Positions 38,128 to 49,330 are shown, counted from the first letter of the stretch. The stretch is DNA of 64,000 nt from an uncultured Chitinophagaceae bacterium (GCA_964437245.1 CAYTGJ010000002.1:42-64041), one strand, 5' to 3'. A program made the numbers and translations. Notes: generated by a model not told the origin, from the sequence alone.

Positions 38128-40017
38128 ATGAGAATACCAGGTCTTATCCTTTATTTACTGTTTATCCTCTTGCCCTCGCTGAACGCTCAGGATTTCAAAG
38201 TACCGGAAAATCTTTACGGTATTAAGAATCCTCTCAAAGATTACGAAAAACGCTGCGGACAATGTAAAACAACCTTGCAATCCATGCCTTCGGATGTAAA
38301 ATTCGGCACCTTTTCCCAGGACGGATCTATTTATTTTATCATCACCGATCCTGCCTTTTACGGCAAGCTATTTCAAAAAAACGGCGATGGAATTGCAATC
38401 GATATCATCGATAAAAACTGGTATGTATGTGGCAAAAAAAACAAGCTGGTAAATTCCTGGGCTTATCATGGCTATTTGCTGAAGCCAATGTATCTGAAAG
38501 AAATGAATACCAATCTTTTTCAGTTGGAAAACGGTTCGCTGGTGGTAAAATATGCTGCTCTTCCTCCCGGGATGAACGAAGCGGATCTTGAGTTCAACCT
38601 GCTTCTTCTCAAAGACAAATATCTATGCCATTACTCCAATTTCTACGATCTGCGGGGAGAAAAATGGAAATTGCTTGAAATGGGTTTATTTATGGATACG
38701 CTCACCGAAAATAACCTGCGTACCAAAACAGCCATGCTCAGCAAAGAATGGCGCTTTGAGATCCCGTTTGAAAAAAACAAATCTGAATATGCACAGGCAG
38801 ATCTGAAACCAATTTATGATTCGCTTCAGAATAATGATTTCTATATTAAAGCTATTTCTATCAAAGCCTACTCATCCGTAGAAGGTTCTCTGGACCATAA
38901 TATAAAGCTCCAGGAAAAAAGAGCTGAAAGTATTGTCAAGGCGCTCCAGTCCTTCCAGCTTGACACGATCGCCGCTACCATCAGCGCTTCCGAAAACTGG
39001 GTGGAATTTCTGGAAGATATCGTTGATACCCGGCACAGCAATCTGAAAAACCTTTCCAAAGATGAGATCAAAACAAAACTGGAAAACAAACAACTCTCTG
39101 CTGATCTGGAACCCTATCTGAAAAAACACCGCAAAGGGATCCTGCATATTGCGTTGGAGAAAAAAGTCAAATACTATGAAGAAGATACGGCAAGATTGCG
39201 GAAGTTATTTGACCAACTGATCACACAAAAAAACATTAAAGAAGCAATCGAGGTACAGCAGCTTATTTTCACAAAAATACGGGAACATAAACTACCAAAC
39301 AGTTTTATCAAACAGCTTGAAGTACCGGAGAAATCCGAATTCGGACTACTCCTGAACAATACTGCCGTTTTCAACTACCAGCAGGCCGACAGCGATCTGT
39401 TTGCCACCATAAGCCAGTTCCAGAAGCTCCTGGAATTAATGCCCGGAGACAGCCGGATCCGTTATAATTTATGTGTGCTTTTGCTACAAGCCTGGATAGT
39501 GGGAGAATCTGCCGTAGATCCGGGGAAACTAAAAGCTGACATCCTTGCACTCGAAAAAGCGGGTATCGAACCCAGCCTTGTAAAAAGGCTGCTGGTCAAC
39601 TATCACATCATCTTAAGCGAGTATCAGCAGAAAGAGCGTAATTACGCAGAGAAAGACAAAACCGTACGGTATATCTACAACAATTACAATTCGTTTCAGC
39701 TCTCCGATCAGGATGCGTTAAGTCTTTCACAATATTTCGTGGCATACCACAAATACGACTGGGCTGAAAGATTACTTGCCCGCTACGCAATCAAGATTGA
39801 TGTGGAGGAAGATCTTCTATTCTACTATATCAACCTGACCATTGCGCAGCCTAAAATGACCGCTGCCAAATCCTACCGGGCAATCATGCTGAATGCGATC
39901 AATCTGAACCAGGAAAGGTTTTGCAATATCTTTAAACCCTTTGGTAAGGGAGGAATCAGCTTTCAACTACTGGACAATGAATACCTGAAAAAAACTTATT
40001 GTGAGAATTGTAAGTAA
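38128..40017 (+). CDS. secreted 629-aa protein with central OmpA-like segment and helical-repeat C-terminus
   Basis: Signal peptide. IKAYSSVEGSLDHNIKLQEKRAESIVKAL resembles the OmpA C-terminal motif. The rest is unassigned. Confidence 0.6.
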   Translation: MRIPGLILYLLFILLPSLNAQDFKVPENLYGIKNPLKDYEKRCGQCKTTLQSMPSDVKFGTFSQDGSIYFIITDPAFYGKLFQKNGDGIAIDIIDKNWYVCGKKNKLVNSWAYHGYLLKPMYLKEMNTNLFQLENGSLVVKYAALPPGMNEADLEFNLLLLKDKYLCHYSNFYDLRGEKWKLLEMGLFMDTLTENNLRTKTAMLSKEWRFEIPFEKNKSEYAQADLKPIYDSLQNNDFYIKAISIKAYSSVEGSLDHNIKLQEKRAESIVKALQSFQLDTIAATISASENWVEFLEDIVDTRHSNLKNLSKDEIKTKLENKQLSADLEPYLKKHRKGILHIALEKKVKYYEEDTARLRKLFDQLITQKNIKEAIEVQQLIFTKIREHKLPNSFIKQLEVPEKSEFGLLLNNTAVFNYQQADSDLFATISQFQKLLELMPGDSRIRYNLCVLLLQAWIVGESAVDPGKLKADILALEKAGIEPSLVKRLLVNYHIILSEYQQKERNYAEKDKTVRYIYNNYNSFQLSDQDALSLSQYFVAYHKYDWAERLLARYAIKIDVEEDLLFYYINLTIAQPKMTAAKSYRAIMLNAINLNQERFCNIFKPFGKGGISFQLLDNEYLKKTYCENCK

Positions 40018-40030
40018 ATGATGACAGAAT

Positions 40031-40080
40031 GAAGATAAGATCCTTTTAAGATACAAGATGCCCGATACCGGATTCCAGGG
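40031..40080. repeat. intergenic word-repeat element (same family as 18066 and 33985)
   Basis: GAAGATAAGATCC...AAGATACAAGATGCCCGATACCGGATTCCAGGG. Confidence 0.35.
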
Positions 40081-40081
40081 A

Positions 40082-40124
40082 AAAAAGTGAGAGCCTGTCC
40101 ATCCGGGACAGGCTCTCACTTTTT
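40082..40124. terminator. bidirectional rho-independent terminator
   Basis: AAAAA-GTGAGAGCCTGTCC-atccg-GGACAGGCTCTCAC-TTTTT, a perfect 14-bp stem between convergent genes. Confidence 0.75.
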
Positions 40125-40207
40125 AAGAGTTCAAATCCCAGGTTTGAGATTTTGTTTTCTCTGATCTTATTATAACCCCAACCTTTTACACTCTTAACGT
40201 TATTCCC

Positions 40208-41143
40208 CTACAATTTTTTCATCAGATACTGGTATAGTTTTACCATGCTTACAATATCACTTTTATAAACGAGTTCGTCCGGGCTATGTACGTTTTCTTC
40301 CGGGGCTCCTATAAAGATCCAGTCGATCGGATAAGGGGAGGCCTGTATTTCTTTTCCGTCACTGCCTCCGGTACCTTCTACTTCGAGTTGAAAAGGCACT
40401 TTTGATTTTTCTGCCAGCGCAATCACTTTGTTGACAAAGCTTCTTCTCGGTATACTTCGGTCACGCATCGAGATCACCACTCCTTTTCCGTGTTTTACTC
40501 CGTCTGTAATCCAGGTGATGTCAGAGATCAAAGCTTGTTTGACCTTCAGTTTTTCATAAATATATTTTGTAAGATAGCTCACGGATCCGCCGCCGTGCTC
40601 TTCCCAGCAGGAAAAACAGATCACTCCGTGTTCGAGGGTTTCTGCTACTCTCAGGGCATTCCACACACCCAACCGGTTGTCCAGGTAACAGGACTGTACG
40701 GATTCTTTGGTTTCACGAAAATTACATTTAAACAACAATTCTGTCCCCCGGTCAATTTCTCTTGGGAAATCACATACGATATAATCTGATTTTGCATCAA
40801 AAACGATCTTTGTTTCAATTTTCCCTTTGGAATCCTGCCCCACCAACTGATACGAAGTTTTCAACTGTGGACCGCCAATAGCTTCCAGTTTATTATCATA
40901 GCGGATTGTAAAACCTATTGAATCCATATGAGCAAAAATGGCTGTACGGGGCTTTCCGAAAACAAGCATTACACAATCCTGAAAATCTTCCCCATGAATT
41001 ACTTTGGGTTTTACTTTCCAGTTTTTAGCATTTTTTTTCACATAATCGAGAATAAACTCTTTCAGTAACACTTCATTACCGGAAGGGGCATGAATTTCGC
41101 ATAGTTTTTTTAATAATTCCATTGATTTATTGGGGGTAACCAA
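40208..41143 (-). CDS. M42-family (FrvX-like) aminopeptidase
   Basis: N-terminal [16 protein letters not shown] and overall M42/M20-like layout with HMDSIGF. Confidence 0.7.
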   Translation of the reverse strand: MVTPNKSMELLKKLCEIHAPSGNEVLLKEFILDYVKKNAKNWKVKPKVIHGEDFQDCVMLVFGKPRTAIFAHMDSIGFTIRYDNKLEAIGGPQLKTSYQLVGQDSKGKIETKIVFDAKSDYIVCDFPREIDRGTELLFKCNFRETKESVQSCYLDNRLGVWNALRVAETLEHGVICFSCWEEHGGGSVSYLTKYIYEKLKVKQALISDITWITDGVKHGKGVVISMRDRSIPRRSFVNKVIALAEKSKVPFQLEVEGTGGSDGKEIQASPYPIDWIFIGAPEENVHSPDELVYKSDIVSMVKLYQYLMKKL

Positions 41144-41231
41144 CCAATTAACAATATCGTAAAAATAAATTATCTTGCTACGGAAAAACTAATTATCTTT
41201 TTCCAACGTTGAGTATAATATATACCAGAAA

Positions 41232-42434
41232 ATGAAGAGATTACTTTATATACTATACATATTAACCGGGTTTCTGACCTTCCAGGCCAGAGCACAGGAG
41301 GCTCCGGCAGATACTTTGGAGTTAATGCAGTATGAAGACTTGCAGATTGAGGCAACCGAAGCCATCAACAACATGTATAATTTCAAATTTGACCTTGCCG
41401 AGGCCAAATTCCAGGAACTTCTTCAGCGTTATCCGAATCATCCTCTTCCTTATTATATCATAGGACTGGGGAATTGGTGGAAAATGATGCCTTACAACGA
41501 CAACGATCCACGGATCAAGCTATATGAACCGGAATTTGACAAGTACATGGAACTATCGATCGCCAAAGCGGAGAAACTCTATGACCGGAATAATGACAAT
41601 ACCGAAGCGACCTTTTTCCTCTGTGCAGCCCATGCTTTGATCGCCCGCCACTATGCCGAAAACGGACAGGAAATGCGGTCACTAAATAATACGAGAAAAG
41701 CATTTCATTATTTCAAAAAACTCAACGATAAGAAAGACCTCAGTCCGGAATTTTTATTTTTCAGTGCCTTGTTTAATTATTATGCTGCATGGTTCAAAGG
41801 AGAATATCCGATTATGTCCCCTATTCTTGCCCTTTTCCCGGAAGGAGATAAAGATTTAGGGATCAAACAACTGAAAGAAGTTTCCTACAATGCTTTCTGG
41901 ACCCGTACAGAAGCTCAGTACTTCCTGATGCGGATCTACTACAACGAAGAGGATGACGATAAAAAAGCGCTGGCATTTTCAGAATATCTTGCAAAAACAT
42001 TCCCGGACAATCCTTATTTCCAGAGAATATATGCCCGGATCAGCTATTCACTCGGCCATTGGAAAGATTGTAAAGAAGTTTCAGAAGATATTTTATACAA
42101 AATCAATATAGGAATGCCAGGATACGAAGAGACAAGTGGCCGTTATGCCGGTTTTTTTCTGGGCAGGATATACAGAGCCGCCGGCAACACAGAAAAATCA
42201 AAAGAAGCCTATAAAAAAGCCATTGCTTTTGCGGAACAATCCAATGCCACCAAACAAAATTATTATCTGTATGCCGTAGCAGACCTTGCCAGGATGTCGG
42301 ACAAAGAAAATGATGTGGCTTCTGCCCGTGAATATTACAAGACTTTGCTGGATAAAGCAGACCGGAAAAATGAGCTGCATAAGGAAGCAAAGGAATATCT
42401 GAAAAAGACTGATGAGAAGAAGAAGAAAGGGTGA
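41232..42434 (+). CDS. secreted TPR-like helical-repeat protein
   Basis: Signal peptide, alpha-helical repeats and a Lys-rich C-terminal tail. Confidence 0.6.
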   Translation: MKRLLYILYILTGFLTFQARAQEAPADTLELMQYEDLQIEATEAINNMYNFKFDLAEAKFQELLQRYPNHPLPYYIIGLGNWWKMMPYNDNDPRIKLYEPEFDKYMELSIAKAEKLYDRNNDNTEATFFLCAAHALIARHYAENGQEMRSLNNTRKAFHYFKKLNDKKDLSPEFLFFSALFNYYAAWFKGEYPIMSPILALFPEGDKDLGIKQLKEVSYNAFWTRTEAQYFLMRIYYNEEDDDKKALAFSEYLAKTFPDNPYFQRIYARISYSLGHWKDCKEVSEDILYKINIGMPGYEETSGRYAGFFLGRIYRAAGNTEKSKEAYKKAIAFAEQSNATKQNYYLYAVADLARMSDKENDVASAREYYKTLLDKADRKNELHKEAKEYLKKTDEKKKKG

Positions 42435-42541
42435 TTGTAGTTCATGGAAATATAATTTAGGTGACAATAGACCTATTCACCATCTCCTCTAAATTACCTT
42501 TTCTATCCATTACCTGCTCTTGTTGGCAATCTATCCTTATG

Positions 42542-43630
42542 TTACGCCCCCAAAACAGTCCGAACAATGTTGAGATATGTATTACGATTAGCCTTTATAG
42601 AATAATATTCTTCCACTCGTTTTCTTCCATTAAGACCTAAATTCTTTCGCTGAGCGGGATTTGTCATCAATGTGATTATTTTTTCTTTCCACTGGTCGGG
42701 ACTTGTCACTAAATAACCTGAAAGATCGTTTTCAATCACCCTGTAATTAGCCCCTATAGCAGTCGCAATAGTAGGAATACCAAGTGCCATGTATTGCAAG
42801 GCTTTCAACCCGCTTTTTCCCATCACCCATTCTTCGTCAAGAGGTAAAGGATAAAGTCCAATATCAATTTCTTTCAGATCACTTACTTCGGTCTCAGATT
42901 TCCAATTACGGCATTCTATGTCCAGACCTTCTATCTGAAAATCCGTACTTCCGATCACTAGTAATTTAAACGGATGCAGCTTGTTAATCTCAAGCAGTAC
43001 GTCTTTAAGCAAATACAAATATTTTACCGTACTATGACTTCCACTCCACCCCAGTACCAGGTTCTCCTTTTTTTCATATTCCATTTTTGGAATATAGGTC
43101 TCTGTATTGATCGTAGAAGAAATATCCGTAACGTTCGAATTGTATTTCTTTGCAAAAGACGTAAGATAAGGAGTACACGTGATCACATGAAGTGCCTTTT
43201 TCATCAGAAAAGCAGGCTTGCCTTTCCCTTTTAGAGAAGCTATTAACTTATTTGCTTTACTGGCAGGAGCCAGAAAAACCAGATCGTCTATATCATAGAC
43301 AATCCGCTTATTAAAAAGCGTATAAAGAAACTCAAAGAATGGCAACCCGAAAGGAGTTACCCATAAAAAAATATAGACTCCGTCATAAAATGGTAACCGG
43401 AACAGATCATACACGCGTCTGAAATAACCGGCGATGGTCCATAATACTTTTTCAAAGAAGTGTCCTTTTTTATATACTATATTTTGAAACCGTTGAGACA
43501 TAAAAGGAGACACCTCCACCTCAATATTATGCTCACGGAAGTACGAGAAATATTGCTCGTATTTTAACCGTTGTCCGGGAGCCACATTTTCAGGATGCGG
43601 GCATATAACCAGAAGTTTTTTAGCGTTCAT
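42542..43630 (-). CDS. GT-B fold glycosyltransferase (GT4-like)
   Basis: Start set at MNAKKLLVICPHP (ORF-track start 43669). C-terminal nucleotide-sugar-binding region GKSGLKALQYMALGIPTIAT. Confidence 0.7.
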   Translation of the reverse strand: MNAKKLLVICPHPENVAPGQRLKYEQYFSYFREHNIEVEVSPFMSQRFQNIVYKKGHFFEKVLWTIAGYFRRVYDLFRLPFYDGVYIFLWVTPFGLPFFEFLYTLFNKRIVYDIDDLVFLAPASKANKLIASLKGKGKPAFLMKKALHVITCTPYLTSFAKKYNSNVTDISSTINTETYIPKMEYEKKENLVLGWSGSHSTVKYLYLLKDVLLEINKLHPFKLLVIGSTDFQIEGLDIECRNWKSETEVSDLKEIDIGLYPLPLDEEWVMGKSGLKALQYMALGIPTIATAIGANYRVIENDLSGYLVTSPDQWKEKIITLMTNPAQRKNLGLNGRKRVEEYYSIKANRNTYLNIVRTVLGA

Positions 43631-43641
43631 TTTTTGCACTG

Positions 43642-44550
43642 TTATATTTTTCTCCCTAATGCATGCCAATAAGGCTCTCTTTCTGAAAAAACAATGTCTT
43701 TAAGGCCTGCGCTTCGCATCATTTCTTCAATTTGGAGTCGGTTGAATCTCTGTTCCAGCGGCGTCCCAAATCTGTCCAGACTATCGTTTCGGATAATATG
43801 AAAACTTTTATCTCTGTAGTATGACAAAGGAATCTTTGTAGCATATTTTCTAAGAAATGGAATCCTGTGTACGATACGGGTCAGTCCTACAAAAGGCATA
43901 TACAACATCACGGCCAGCGCATCGCAGGTTATTTTTTTTAGTCCGGAAGGCAATTTGCTTACGCACCACCTAAGGAGAGCTGAGCTATAGAAAATAGCTT
44001 TGAACACCATTCCTCTGTTATCCAGAGCATAATAAAGATAGACCAAAAAATAGCCTCCGGGTTTCACCTTTTCCACACATCTTTTCATGGCGGCAGAGGT
44101 ATCAGGAATATGATGAAGCACTCCAAGGCTATAAACAAGATCGAACGAATTATCCTCAAACGGGATAGCGTCTACTTCTGCCTGAGTGATGCGTACATTG
44201 GACTTATCACAAAGATACTTAGTGGCATAAAACACCGAATGACTGGGATCAATTCCTTCTACCCATTTTACTTTATCCGCCACATACCGGATCCATCGGC
44301 CACTGCCACACCCTACGTCCAGTACCGACGTCTGACTGGTTAGAAGTTGCTTCGGAACAATATCAAAATAATCGTCCCCTACTGCCTTAATTTCCTCTTC
44401 GGAAAATGCATTAAATTTAGACCATTCTTCACCAAACGAATCTACAGTCTCCCAGTCGATATTACCTGAAGTATATTTAGTAATAAACGAAGCGATCTCA
44501 GTATCTCCAACAGCAAGTTTTTGAACAGGATTTTTATTATAATCAATCAT
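43642..44550 (-). CDS. class I SAM-dependent methyltransferase
   Basis: Motif I VLDVGCGSGRW, with post-I and motif II/III spacing. Start set at MIDYNKN, giving an 8-nt overlap with the upstream gene. Confidence 0.8.
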   Translation of the reverse strand: MIDYNKNPVQKLAVGDTEIASFITKYTSGNIDWETVDSFGEEWSKFNAFSEEEIKAVGDDYFDIVPKQLLTSQTSVLDVGCGSGRWIRYVADKVKWVEGIDPSHSVFYATKYLCDKSNVRITQAEVDAIPFEDNSFDLVYSLGVLHHIPDTSAAMKRCVEKVKPGGYFLVYLYYALDNRGMVFKAIFYSSALLRWCVSKLPSGLKKITCDALAVMLYMPFVGLTRIVHRIPFLRKYATKIPLSYYRDKSFHIIRNDSLDRFGTPLEQRFNRLQIEEMMRSAGLKDIVFSEREPYWHALGRKI

Positions 44551-45817
44551 TTTCTTTTTTTTCTTTACTAAGAATCTTCTGATAGAGTTTATAATATTTT
44601 TCAGAACCAACTACTAAAGAATAATAATGTTCTGCTCCGTCTCGAATCTCTGTTTTAGCTACAGGTTCATGAAAGATCTGTTCTATGATTTTCTGAAAAG
44701 ATTTTTCAGAAAAATCTTCTGTAATGAAGCCGGCTTTGGCATTTCTGATAATTTCTTCCGTATCTCCTATTCCTTTATTCGTAACAGAAGGAATCCCCAT
44801 AGCCATGATCTCTGCCTGTTTAGTAGGTGAAGAACTAATTTTAGAATAAGAAGGGGTAATAAAATAAATGGAATAGCTGCTTAAACTAAGCAAAGAAGGG
44901 ATTTCTTTTCTTTGTCCGTGTATAAATATCAGTTTTTCCGAAGGTATATTATAGTTGCGTGCTTCACCCCGAATAAAAGCGTGCGAATCACTGGGAGCTA
45001 TAAACAGGAATTTAGCTTCTTGTTTTTGCTGCTGAAGCAAATAGAAAAAACGAAGCATTTCGGGTAACATGTACCAGGTTCCTATCGCCCCCAAATAGGT
45101 GAGGACGAAATCTTCCTCTTTGATATGATTCTTTTCTTTTATCGTACTGATCAATGTTTGATCCAGTTTTTTTGCCGAGAAATGCTCCAGGTCTACACAA
45201 CATGGTATCACTACCATTTTATGAGCATGTGTCGCTCCGTTCTCCCATTTCATCATTTCAGCCTTTCCCGCTTCTGTAAGGCTGATGACCCCTGAAGCAT
45301 TTGCTAAAAATTCAGCTTCCTTATTTTTGAAATACCGATAAATAATCCTGTAAAAAGGATTTTTGAGATTCCACAATTTCCCATCCACCCGCTCATCGGC
45401 CCAAAATCCACGCATATCAAAGATAAAAGGTACCCCATATTTTTTCCATAAACTAAGCCCTACCAACGTACTGATATAACTTCTACAGTGTACCAGCCTG
45501 AACTTGTATAGCTCATATAACTTTCGTGCATGATAATGCAGCATTATAACATCAAACAGGGTAGATAAAACAGGAGGAGATTTATGGTACATCCGGGGCT
45601 TCCATTCGATCGGAAATCCTTTTAAGGTCTCTTCCACGATCTTTTTATTTTTATGAAAGTTTTCTTTTTTCTCACAGCTAAGCAATATAAAATTGAAATT
45701 CCCCAGCCGGGTAAGCTCTTTCAAGTACGGAATCACCTGAGATTGTCCTAACTGATCGGTCATTCCATCATATGAAATGTATAAAATATTGATTTTGTCT
45801 TTCCCCAAAAAGTTCAT
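44543..45817 (-). CDS. GT-B fold glycosyltransferase (GT4-like)
   Basis: N-terminal ILYISYDGMTDQLGQSQV and C-terminal PTKQAEIMAMGIPSV region. Confidence 0.7.
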   Translation of the reverse strand: MNFLGKDKINILYISYDGMTDQLGQSQVIPYLKELTRLGNFNFILLSCEKKENFHKNKKIVEETLKGFPIEWKPRMYHKSPPVLSTLFDVIMLHYHARKLYELYKFRLVHCRSYISTLVGLSLWKKYGVPFIFDMRGFWADERVDGKLWNLKNPFYRIIYRYFKNKEAEFLANASGVISLTEAGKAEMMKWENGATHAHKMVVIPCCVDLEHFSAKKLDQTLISTIKEKNHIKEEDFVLTYLGAIGTWYMLPEMLRFFYLLQQQKQEAKFLFIAPSDSHAFIRGEARNYNIPSEKLIFIHGQRKEIPSLLSLSSYSIYFITPSYSKISSSPTKQAEIMAMGIPSVTNKGIGDTEEIIRNAKAGFITEDFSEKSFQKIIEQIFHEPVAKTEIRDGAEHYYSLVVGSEKYYKLYQKILSKEKKEND

Positions 45818-46132
45818 TTTTGAAGTTAATTATTCGGTTTCGATAGAATGTAAATATATACAAAATAGTAGAGTGAAGGGAGATACTTATCGGTTTCTTT
45901 CCATGATTCATGGATAAACAGAGGACAACCAACCCAAGGATTCGTTCTTTTTTATGAAATCTCTCATTTTAGTAACTCCCATAAATAATTAAAAAACAAC
46001 ACATTGCAAAACAAACCCTTATAAGGACCAAGCCCGACCAGAATGAAATGGTCCTTGTCGAAAGGAATAGGTCAGAAAAAGCTTTATTTTGTACCTTACA
46101 ATAGAATGATCAAAAAAACTACGATAGAATAA

Positions 46133-47473
46133 ATGGATGCCTGGGATATCATTATCACCCCTATGTATTTGTGTTTCATTTTAATAATTGCCTTCATCTA
46201 TGTGAGAAGGAACCGTCAAAATGAACTTATCCGCAAATATTTTTTATCTGGTCTTTCCATCAGATTTTTAGGGGGTATTCTATTCGGGATTATATATCAG
46301 TTTTATTATAAGGGAGGCGACACTTTTACCTTTTGGAATGAAGTAAAAACCATGAATAATAAAATTCTATATGACAATCCTCTGGCGTATCTGGAAATGT
46401 TTTTCAAAGATCCATTTTCCTCCAAATTTTCTAATTTTTCAACTCATATCTATGAACTCCAAATCAGCAATGATGTCCCTTCGTTTTTTATAGTTAAAAC
46501 AGCAGCATTTATTAGCCTATTTACCTTCACTACATATTCAACCACTGCCTTATTTTTTTCTTTGATCTCTTTCGCAGGAAGCTGGAAACTATTTACCACT
46601 TTATCAGATCAATACCCATCATTAAGCTCTAAGTTTGCTTTTTCTTGTTTATTTCTTCCTTCTATCACTTTTTGGGGAGGAGGAATCATGAAGGACTCTA
46701 TTTGTTTGGCATCGATATGCTTTATGTATGGACATTTTTACGAATTAATCACCTATAGAAAAAGGATTAAAAAAAATATTGCCTATATATTAATATCTGC
46801 CTACGTATTATATATCGTAAAAATATATATCCTTATTTGTTTTATTCCGGGCCTAATAATATGGTTGTTTATTAAATACCACAACAATATTAAATCGAAA
46901 GCTACCAGAAATTTCCTCCGGCCTATTGTAATTGTATTTGCTTGTTCTTTTGGCTTTATCGGAGCCTCTCTCATCAGTATGAGCAATGAACGGTATAATC
47001 TCCAAAAACTTCAGACGACCTCAATGGTTACTGCTACCTATATAAAACAAGTAAGTATTGAGACTGGAGGATCAGTATATGACTTGGGAGAAATTGACTA
47101 TTCTTTTGCCGGCCTGCTACAATTAATCCCAAAGGGTATAAACGTTACCTTATTCAGACCCTATATATGGGAAGTTAAAAATATTGTCATGCTTCTTGCG
47201 GCATTGGAATCCTCCTACTTTATTTGGATTACCCTCTCTGTTATTTTCAAAAACGGATTAACTATTTTCGCTAAAATTAACAACGATACATTTGTCTTCT
47301 CCTCGATCATATTTTCACTCACATTTGCTTTTGCGGTTGGAATATCTACTTATAACTTCGGTTCTCTGGTTCGATATAAACTTCCTATGATGCCATTTTA
47401 TCTATCAGCTATGATCATATTAAATCAGAAATCTAAAACTATCTCCCTTACGGCTGTCAAAAACAAGCTATAA
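46133..47473 (+). CDS. polytopic membrane protein, candidate Wzy-type polymerase
   Basis: 446 aa with about 10 or more hydrophobic helices. It is the only plus-strand gene in the locus. No motif is recognised, so the call rests on context only. Confidence 0.45.
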   Translation: MDAWDIIITPMYLCFILIIAFIYVRRNRQNELIRKYFLSGLSIRFLGGILFGIIYQFYYKGGDTFTFWNEVKTMNNKILYDNPLAYLEMFFKDPFSSKFSNFSTHIYELQISNDVPSFFIVKTAAFISLFTFTTYSTTALFFSLISFAGSWKLFTTLSDQYPSLSSKFAFSCLFLPSITFWGGGIMKDSICLASICFMYGHFYELITYRKRIKKNIAYILISAYVLYIVKIYILICFIPGLIIWLFIKYHNNIKSKATRNFLRPIVIVFACSFGFIGASLISMSNERYNLQKLQTTSMVTATYIKQVSIETGGSVYDLGEIDYSFAGLLQLIPKGINVTLFRPYIWEVKNIVMLLAALESSYFIWITLSVIFKNGLTIFAKINNDTFVFSSIIFSLTFAFAVGISTYNFGSLVRYKLPMMPFYLSAMIILNQKSKTISLTAVKNKL

Positions 47474-49318
47474 TTTCTCTTCTTCCAGCCATTTATGCAA
47501 CAATAGTACAACCCAGATCCTATTAAACAAATAATCTTCCCCGTTGTAAAAACGATTCAGAATCGCTTTCATTTTGAGCGGATCGACAATATTATATTTT
47601 AGCAAAACGTCTGTACTCAGATACTTATCAATCATAAAACTAAAATCTCTCTTCAGCCATTTGTTTAATGGTATACCAAATCCCCATTTAGGCCGTGCGA
47701 AAAAAGACTTTGGAACATAGTCGTATAGTATATCCTTCAATATAAATTTCCCTATCCCATTTTTATGCTTAAAGGATTCATCCAAATTTAAGGCGTACTC
47801 CACAATCCTGTAATCCAACAGGGGCTCTCTTGCTTCTATTGAAGCATACATACTGGCCCGATCAACCTTGACAAGCAAATCGTCCTTTAAATAATAATTC
47901 AAATCAAAAAAAGCTTGCTGTTCTTTTGCACTCAAATTTCGCATCAGACGATCTACAGGCAACCAATCCTTTGGGATACGAGCATCTTCTGTTTGTAGTA
48001 TGTCTTCCAGCTCAGCCTTTGAGAAGAAATACAGTTCTTGAGAAAATATATGACTTCTTATATCCGTTCCGGCTTTAAAATTCAACAACTGCGCTACTCT
48101 TTTATTTCTACTTCCTCCTATGTTTTTCAAAATAGCATGCAACATACTTCGGGTAAGTAAATACTTTTTTTGTGCCAGTTTTTCAGCCCAAACATAAGAA
48201 CCGTATCCCATAAACAGTTCATCGCCCCCATCTCCGGTTAAGACCATTTTAACTTTATTACCGGCCATTTTACTTACCATATAAGTGGGCAATGCTGAAG
48301 TATCGGCAAAAGGTTCGTCAAAATTCATCATTATTTCTTCAAACGAGTCCATTGCTTCTTTTTCTGAAAGAAAAAACTCCTCATGTTCTGTCCGAAGATA
48401 TTTGGCTACATTTTTAGCATGCTCAGATTCATTAAACTTCCATTCTTTAAACCCAATCGAAAATGTATTGACAGGAGTATTCGAATTTCGTTGTGCAATA
48501 GCAGTGACTAAACTGGAATCTATTCCTCCGCTCAGAAATGTACCAAAAGGCACATCGCTAATCATCCTATACTGAATAGAACTCTCTAATAAATTCTTTA
48601 ACGTACTTTTCGCCTCTTTATAATCCGAATGTAGCTCTTTCGTAATTTTTTTATGCGCCTCCCAATATGGATAAAAAGTAGTTCCTCTATCATTTATGAT
48701 AGCATAAGTACCTGACGGGAATTTCCTAATCTCATTATAAATTGTATGGGGCTGAGGTATATAACCTAAATGCAAATACAGACCAATTGCTCTTTTATTA
48801 AGCGTATATTTTTGGTTGATTCCCTTAAACGCTTTCATTGTTTTCAACTCTGAGCCAAAACAAAAAACGGGGCCTTCGGAATAATAATAAAGCGGCTTAA
48901 CTCCTAATCTATCTCTACAAATAAAAAGCTCTTCTTTACGAATATCATATATTACAAAAACGAACATTCCATTTAGCTCTTCTACAAACTCCTTCCCCAA
49001 TCTGGCATACAGCTCAACAATCACAGCCGTATCGCTCGATGCAGAAAGGTCTAATTTATACTTCAGCGCAAGTTCTTTGTAATTATATACTTCCCCATTA
49101 AAGACAATCACATAATTTCCGCACTTCGAATAAAAGGGTTGATTTGACGCGGTAGACAAATCAATTATACTCAACCGAACATGACCCAGCCCAACCTTAT
49201 TATGAACATAAATTCCACTTGCGTCAGGCCCTCTATGAGTTATTGTACGAACCGCTCCCCGCAGTTCATCTTCATTACTAAAATCAAGAGGCGCAAAATA
49301 CCCCGTCAATCCACACAT
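47468..49318 (-). CDS. asparagine synthase-type glutamine amidotransferase (AsnB paralog 2)
   Basis: N-terminal MCG nucleophile, GHVRLSIIDL and PP-loop SGGIDSS. Confidence 0.85.
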   Translation of the reverse strand: MCGLTGYFAPLDFSNEDELRGAVRTITHRGPDASGIYVHNKVGLGHVRLSIIDLSTASNQPFYSKCGNYVIVFNGEVYNYKELALKYKLDLSASSDTAVIVELYARLGKEFVEELNGMFVFVIYDIRKEELFICRDRLGVKPLYYYSEGPVFCFGSELKTMKAFKGINQKYTLNKRAIGLYLHLGYIPQPHTIYNEIRKFPSGTYAIINDRGTTFYPYWEAHKKITKELHSDYKEAKSTLKNLLESSIQYRMISDVPFGTFLSGGIDSSLVTAIAQRNSNTPVNTFSIGFKEWKFNESEHAKNVAKYLRTEHEEFFLSEKEAMDSFEEIMMNFDEPFADTSALPTYMVSKMAGNKVKMVLTGDGGDELFMGYGSYVWAEKLAQKKYLLTRSMLHAILKNIGGSRNKRVAQLLNFKAGTDIRSHIFSQELYFFSKAELEDILQTEDARIPKDWLPVDRLMRNLSAKEQQAFFDLNYYLKDDLLVKVDRASMYASIEAREPLLDYRIVEYALNLDESFKHKNGIGKFILKDILYDYVPKSFFARPKWGFGIPLNKWLKRDFSFMIDKYLSTDVLLKYNIVDPLKMKAILNRFYNGEDYLFNRIWVVLLLHKWLEEEKL

Positions 49319-49330
49319 AAAATTTTATTT

